Below, piece after piece: positions 60,454 through 64,000 of a stretch of 64,000 bases of DNA (the first letter of the stretch is position 1; each line of letters begins with the position of its first letter). A model generated the notes under the pieces. That model saw only the letters and a program-made list of their open reading frames with translations, was not told the origin of the DNA and searched no databases. The translations under genes and the position numbers were made by a program. Origin of the DNA: Verrucomicrobiota bacterium (GTDB taxonomy: Bacteria > Verrucomicrobiota > Verrucomicrobiia > Limisphaerales > UBA11358); the NCBI GenBank assembly GCA_050008355.1, contig JBEKMT010000008.1, positions 3,568-67,567 on the forward strand, in the 5' to 3' direction.

Positions 60454-63400
60454 TCACGGGAAATCAGGCACTGGCAAAAAGGCCGTGGGTTGGTTCGTGC
60501 CGGAAATGATTTGGCCGGATGCCGACAAACTGTTGGAGGCACCGTCATCAAACTTTAATGTCACTGCCTTAATGGTGTTTTGGCCGCCGACATGTGCCAT
60601 CAGCAGGGTGTCCCGTTGAGAAGGCGAAACCAGCAACACATCAACACTATGCGGGGAGTTCGCAAAAATATTCGTCAGGGTGGCGGTGGCCTTGATAATG
60701 TCGCCGCCGATATTGGTGGCCAGGATGAAGGAGGGATAGGGTGACGCGATGCCATCGGCGTTGATCACAATCGGATTGGTATTGTAGAATGTTGTCGTCC
60801 AAGTGCCGAGGGTATAGGTGAAATTGGCCGTGCCAAGACTGTTTCCACCACTCTGCAATTGGAATGTGGCAGCAATTGGCTCGCTGTTGGTGCCGGCGGC
60901 GGTGAACGAAAATTTCCGGGAAACCGACGGACCATTGACGATCAAGGTACCGTAATTTTGCGTTCCGCTCGGTGACGTGATCCCATTGGTTGCCAATAGC
61001 GTGGCGGAAACATCATTAACGTTGGTGCCGCCGCTGGCACGAAACGCGAACAGCAGCGAAACAGTTTCACCGGGATCAATGATGCCATTGGCCGGCTTAT
61101 CGCTTTCTGACACCAAAGCGGAACCCGCTGGAACCACCAGGCTGCCGCTGGTGTCGTGTATGGTCAGCGTGGCAGCATATGGCGCGATAAGGAAACCATT
61201 GGTCGGATCGGACAATTGTAACAGAACAGTCTTATCCGGCTGCACCGTCGAATTGCCGATGATAACTACGGGGAAGGTCTCGGCGACCTGGCCGTTGGTG
61301 AAAGTGAAAATCCCGTTGGTCGCAATATAATCCTGGCCGGCAATCGCCGTCCCGTTCGCCGTGGCGAAATCGACTGAGGTAGTGGTGTTCGTAAAATCTG
61401 TGCGCAGCACGGTGATCGTCGCCGCCCCGGCGGTCTTGAGAACGGAATAAGTCGGGCTTGAAAAGCTCAGGCCGGAATTGTCGTCAACAATGGTTATCTG
61501 TTGCGAGCTGGGGTACACCAGCTTCCCGGGAGACGTTGGATTCGCCAGAGTCACACTAAAGGTGCGATTACCTTCCACCAGGCTGTTGTTAAGGATCGGG
61601 ACCCTGAAGTAATTGGTTACGATTCCATTTGTGAAGACCAAAGTGCCAGTGGTCGTTACATAGTCTACCCCGGCCTCGGCGGTGCCGTCGGCGGTGGCAT
61701 AACTGACCGACAAAGCCGCCACGTTGGTTGCAGGCACAGGCTCAATCGATGGATTCGAGCAAACGACCGCGATCAAGATAGAAGTGTCATTCTTTGCAAC
61801 ACTGTTGGTGGAATTGGTGAAACTCAAGCCCGCCAGGCCAGGCTGTATCACCACCACGGCGTTGCTTGGGGTCGCCACCACCGCGCCGGCGGTGGGATCC
61901 GACAATATCAAGCCAAACTGCACGTTCGTGGTGCCATGATTATTGATCAAGGGGATACCGATAGTCTCGAGCACCTGGCCACTGCCGAAGGTCAATGTTC
62001 CGCTCGTTGCCTGGTAATTAACCCCGGCGAGGGCGGTACCGTTGGTGGTGGCAAAGTTCACACTGAACGGAGTGTTGGTATTGCCGACTCTCTGGACAGG
62101 CACATAGCCAAAGCTATTGGTTTCAGCCACATAGTTGGTGCCATCTGAGAAGGCCACGCCAAAATTATCACTCACAATAGTTACCGTTGCGTTGGTGGGA
62201 GCGACGAGAATCGCTCCGCCGGTCGGATTGGACATGGTTACGGTAAAGCTGACCGGTATTTGCACCAGATCATTTTGAACCAGCGGTATGGCAATCGTGT
62301 CGGAAGTCTGGCCGTTCGCAAATGTGAGTGTGCCGCTGGTGGTGGTATAATTCACTCCCGGCTGAGCCGTACCCGCCGTGGTTGTGTAGCTCGCCGAAAC
62401 CGACCCGGTGGAACCATTCGTTCTTATGACGGTAAGATAAGCAGTGCCGGCGCTTTCATTCGCAACAAAATTACTTGAGGTAAAGGTCAGTCGTCCGGCA
62501 GAGGGCGTGGTGTCAATGATCGTCAACACCGCGTTGGAGGGTGCGTACAAAAGGGTATTGAGTGCGTTGGTTAAAACCAGCCCGACCGTGGTGTTGCCCT
62601 CGACCAGGCCATTGTTGATGATGGGCACTTGAACCTGAACGTCGGATACTCCGGGATTGAATGTCACAATCTCGTTGGTGGCATAATAGTCTTTGCCCGG
62701 AACTCCCGTCATGCCGTTGGTAGTGGTGTAAAAATTCACTGTGGCCGTGGCATTGGTACCACCTTGACGAATCACATCTATCGGGGCCACACCGGTTGGC
62801 GCATTCTTATCCTGTGTATAATACGTGGAGGAGAAGCTCACCGCGCTGTTGTCATTTAAAATCGTCAGGATCGCAGTCGGCTGGTTGCCCAGCGAAGCCG
62901 GCGGTGTTGGGCTGGAAAGCGCCAGATTTACGGTCAGACTCGGGGTGATTGCCAGATTATTTATCACCGGCACAGCCACCGTTTCCAGAACCGCTCCCGG
63001 TGGGAAAGCAACACTTACATTAACCGGCTCATAGTTCGTTCCCGCCGCCGCCGTGCCATTGGTCGTCGTGAAGGTCACATAAACATCGCCGGAACCGTTG
63101 GCGTTGGTTCCACTGGTGCCACCAGTGCGACGAATGGTGATCGGCGCTGAAACCCCGTTTTCATTAACCTGATAATTTGCCGAGGTAAATTCAAACTGGC
63201 CGGATCCAGTCTCGGACTGACCGTAAATCCGGGCAATATTTTCGTAGGGCTGGTCATCATACTGGCTGAAGCTGCCGCCAATCACCATCATTCCATTGGC
63301 CGGCTGGATCACGACGGTATCCACATCCCCGTTGGCACCGTCACCGAAATTGATCGTCGGGTCAATCGCGCCACTCGGCAGCAAGCGCGTGATATGATTG

Positions 63401-64000
63401 CGCGTCACGCCGCCGAACTGGGTGAATTGGCCGGCCAACACGATCCGGTTATCCTGCTGCAAAGCGATGCTTTGCACCGGGCCATTGGCACCAACGCCAA
63501 TGTTCGCCAGGAAATTAGTATCTATGCTACCGTCCGTGTTTAGCCGGACGACATAATTCACTGCGGTCCCGTTAAAATTGGTGAAGTCGCCACCCACTAG
63601 CAGACTTCCATCCAGCTGGATGGCAAACGCAGTCACCGTAGAATCCGGCCCGATCCCGAGATCAGCGGTAAAATTTGTGTCCACGGAACCGTCGACATTC
63701 AAACGAGCAAGATTGTTAAGGGCCACGCCATTAAAGTGGGCAAATGATCCTCCAATGAGAACTTTGCCAGCGTAAAGGGAATTGGTCGGATACGCCGCGA
63801 TGGCATATATCTGGCCGTCCGACGCGGTGCCGGTGACAAATGAAGTGTCCACTGAACCGTTGTTGTTCAGCCTGATTAACCCCTGGCTGGCTACACCATT
63901 GATATTGCCGAACGTACCGCCGACATAAATCTCACGATTCCCGCCTACAAACGTCTCCGCCAGCGCATAGACCGGACCATCGGCGCCGGCGCCAGGATTG
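60454..64000 (-). CDS. Giant surface protein (N-terminus beyond window): delta-60/beta-propeller repeats, multiple Calx-beta domains, C-terminal P-domain-like module
   Basis: I checked by hand that the frame is open from 63853 to 64000 (…PVYALAETFVGGNREIYVGGTFGNINGVASQGLIRLNNNGSVDTSF). The repeats are of the form R(L)N.DGS.DT.F. There are about eight Calx-beta-like units (F.S..Y.V.E..G.A.(I/L)TV.R.GG..G...V.(F/Y)AT.(D/N)GTA.AG.(D/N)Y..T.GTL.F..G). The end reads ...NSPHSVDVLLVSPSQRDTLLMAHVGG.... Confidence 0.85.
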   Translation of the reverse strand, partial: NPGAGADGPVYALAETFVGGNREIYVGGTFGNINGVASQGLIRLNNNGSVDTSFVTGTASDGQIYAIAAYPTNSLYAGKVLIGGSFAHFNGVALNNLARLNVDGSVDTNFTADLGIGPDSTVTAFAIQLDGSLLVGGDFTNFNGTAVNYVVRLNTDGSIDTNFLANIGVGANGPVQSIALQQDNRIVLAGQFTQFGGVTRNHITRLLPSGAIDPTINFGDGANGDVDTVVIQPANGMMVIGGSFSQYDDQPYENIARIYGQSETGSGQFEFTSANYQVNENGVSAPITIRRTGGTSGTNANGSGDVYVTFTTTNGTAAAGTNYEPVNVSVAFPPGAVLETVAVPVINNLAITPSLTVNLALSSPTPPASLGNQPTAILTILNDNSAVSFSSTYYTQDKNAPTGVAPIDVIRQGGTNATATVNFYTTTNGMTGVPGKDYYATNEIVTFNPGVSDVQVQVPIINNGLVEGNTTVGLVLTNALNTLLYAPSNAVLTIIDTTPSAGRLTFTSSNFVANESAGTAYLTVIRTNGSTGSVSASYTTTAGTAQPGVNYTTTSGTLTFANGQTSDTIAIPLVQNDLVQIPVSFTVTMSNPTGGAILVAPTNATVTIVSDNFGVAFSDGTNYVAETNSFGYVPVQRVGNTNTPFSVNFATTNGTALAGVNYQATSGTLTFGSGQVLETIGIPLINNHGTTNVQFGLILSDPTAGAVVATPSNAVVVIQPGLAGLSFTNSTNSVAKNDTSILIAVVCSNPSIEPVPATNVAALSVSYATADGTAEAGVDYVTTTGTLVFTNGIVTNYFRVPILNNSLVEGNRTFSVTLANPTSPGKLVYPSSQQITIVDDNSGLSFSSPTYSVLKTAGAATITVLRTDFTNTTTSVDFATANGTAIAGQDYIATNGIFTFTNGQVAETFPVVIIGNSTVQPDKTVLLQLSDPTNGFLIAPYAATLTIHDTSGSLVVPAGSALVSESDKPANGIIDPGETVSLLFAFRASGGTNVNDVSATLLATNGITSPSGTQNYGTLIVNGPSVSRKFSFTAAGTNSEPIAATFQLQSGGNSLGTANFTYTLGTWTTTFYNTNPIVINADGIASPYPSFILATNIGGDIIKATATLTNIFANSPHSVDVLLVSPSQRDTLLMAHVGGQNTIKAVTLKFDDGASNSLSASGQIISGTNQPTAFLPVPDFP

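Overview
This is a 64-kb, moderately GC-rich chromosomal segment. The gene content looks like a PVC-superphylum (Verrucomicrobiota-like) bacterium: very large secreted LRR, RCC1, NHL, LamG and Calx-beta proteins, a prepilin-type helix ORF, a Ser/Thr kinase fused to WD40 propellers, and a TIGR03790-like protein. That taxonomic call is from memory, not from a search. The housekeeping backbone is icd, secA, miaB, pdxH, gyrB-gyrA, gcvP, xth, an A-type Fe-S carrier plus hscB, glgB and coaE. Between these sit accessory genes. One is an eight-gene same-strand cluster: small Cys/His membrane protein, TonB-dependent receptor, TonB, ExbB, two ExbD, a coiled-coil protein and a His-rich ZIP transporter. 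Others are a GNAT, a C39-like cysteine peptidase, a PI-PLC, a sedolisin (S53) peptidase next to a giant Calx-beta protein, and a degenerate-receiver PAS-PAS-SpoIIE phosphatase. I could not support any rRNA, tRNA, CRISPR array, transposase, integrase or recognisable defence system. The points most worth a second look are listed below.
- A recurrent 70-80 aa C-terminal module ending in (R)FYRV occurs on six otherwise unrelated secreted proteins.
- The TonB-dependent receptor cluster is linked to a ZIP transporter and may be a metal-import unit.
- Several gene-decay or rearrangement scars are present: an RCC1 remnant read through by the ZIP ORF, a pdxH with an in-frame deletion plus an insertion, a membrane-protein gene broken by TGA and a frameshift, and a 44-aa pilin stub.
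- An Ig-domain fragment is fused to a C39-like peptidase.
Many long ORFs in the six-frame track are antisense shadows of real genes and were rejected.
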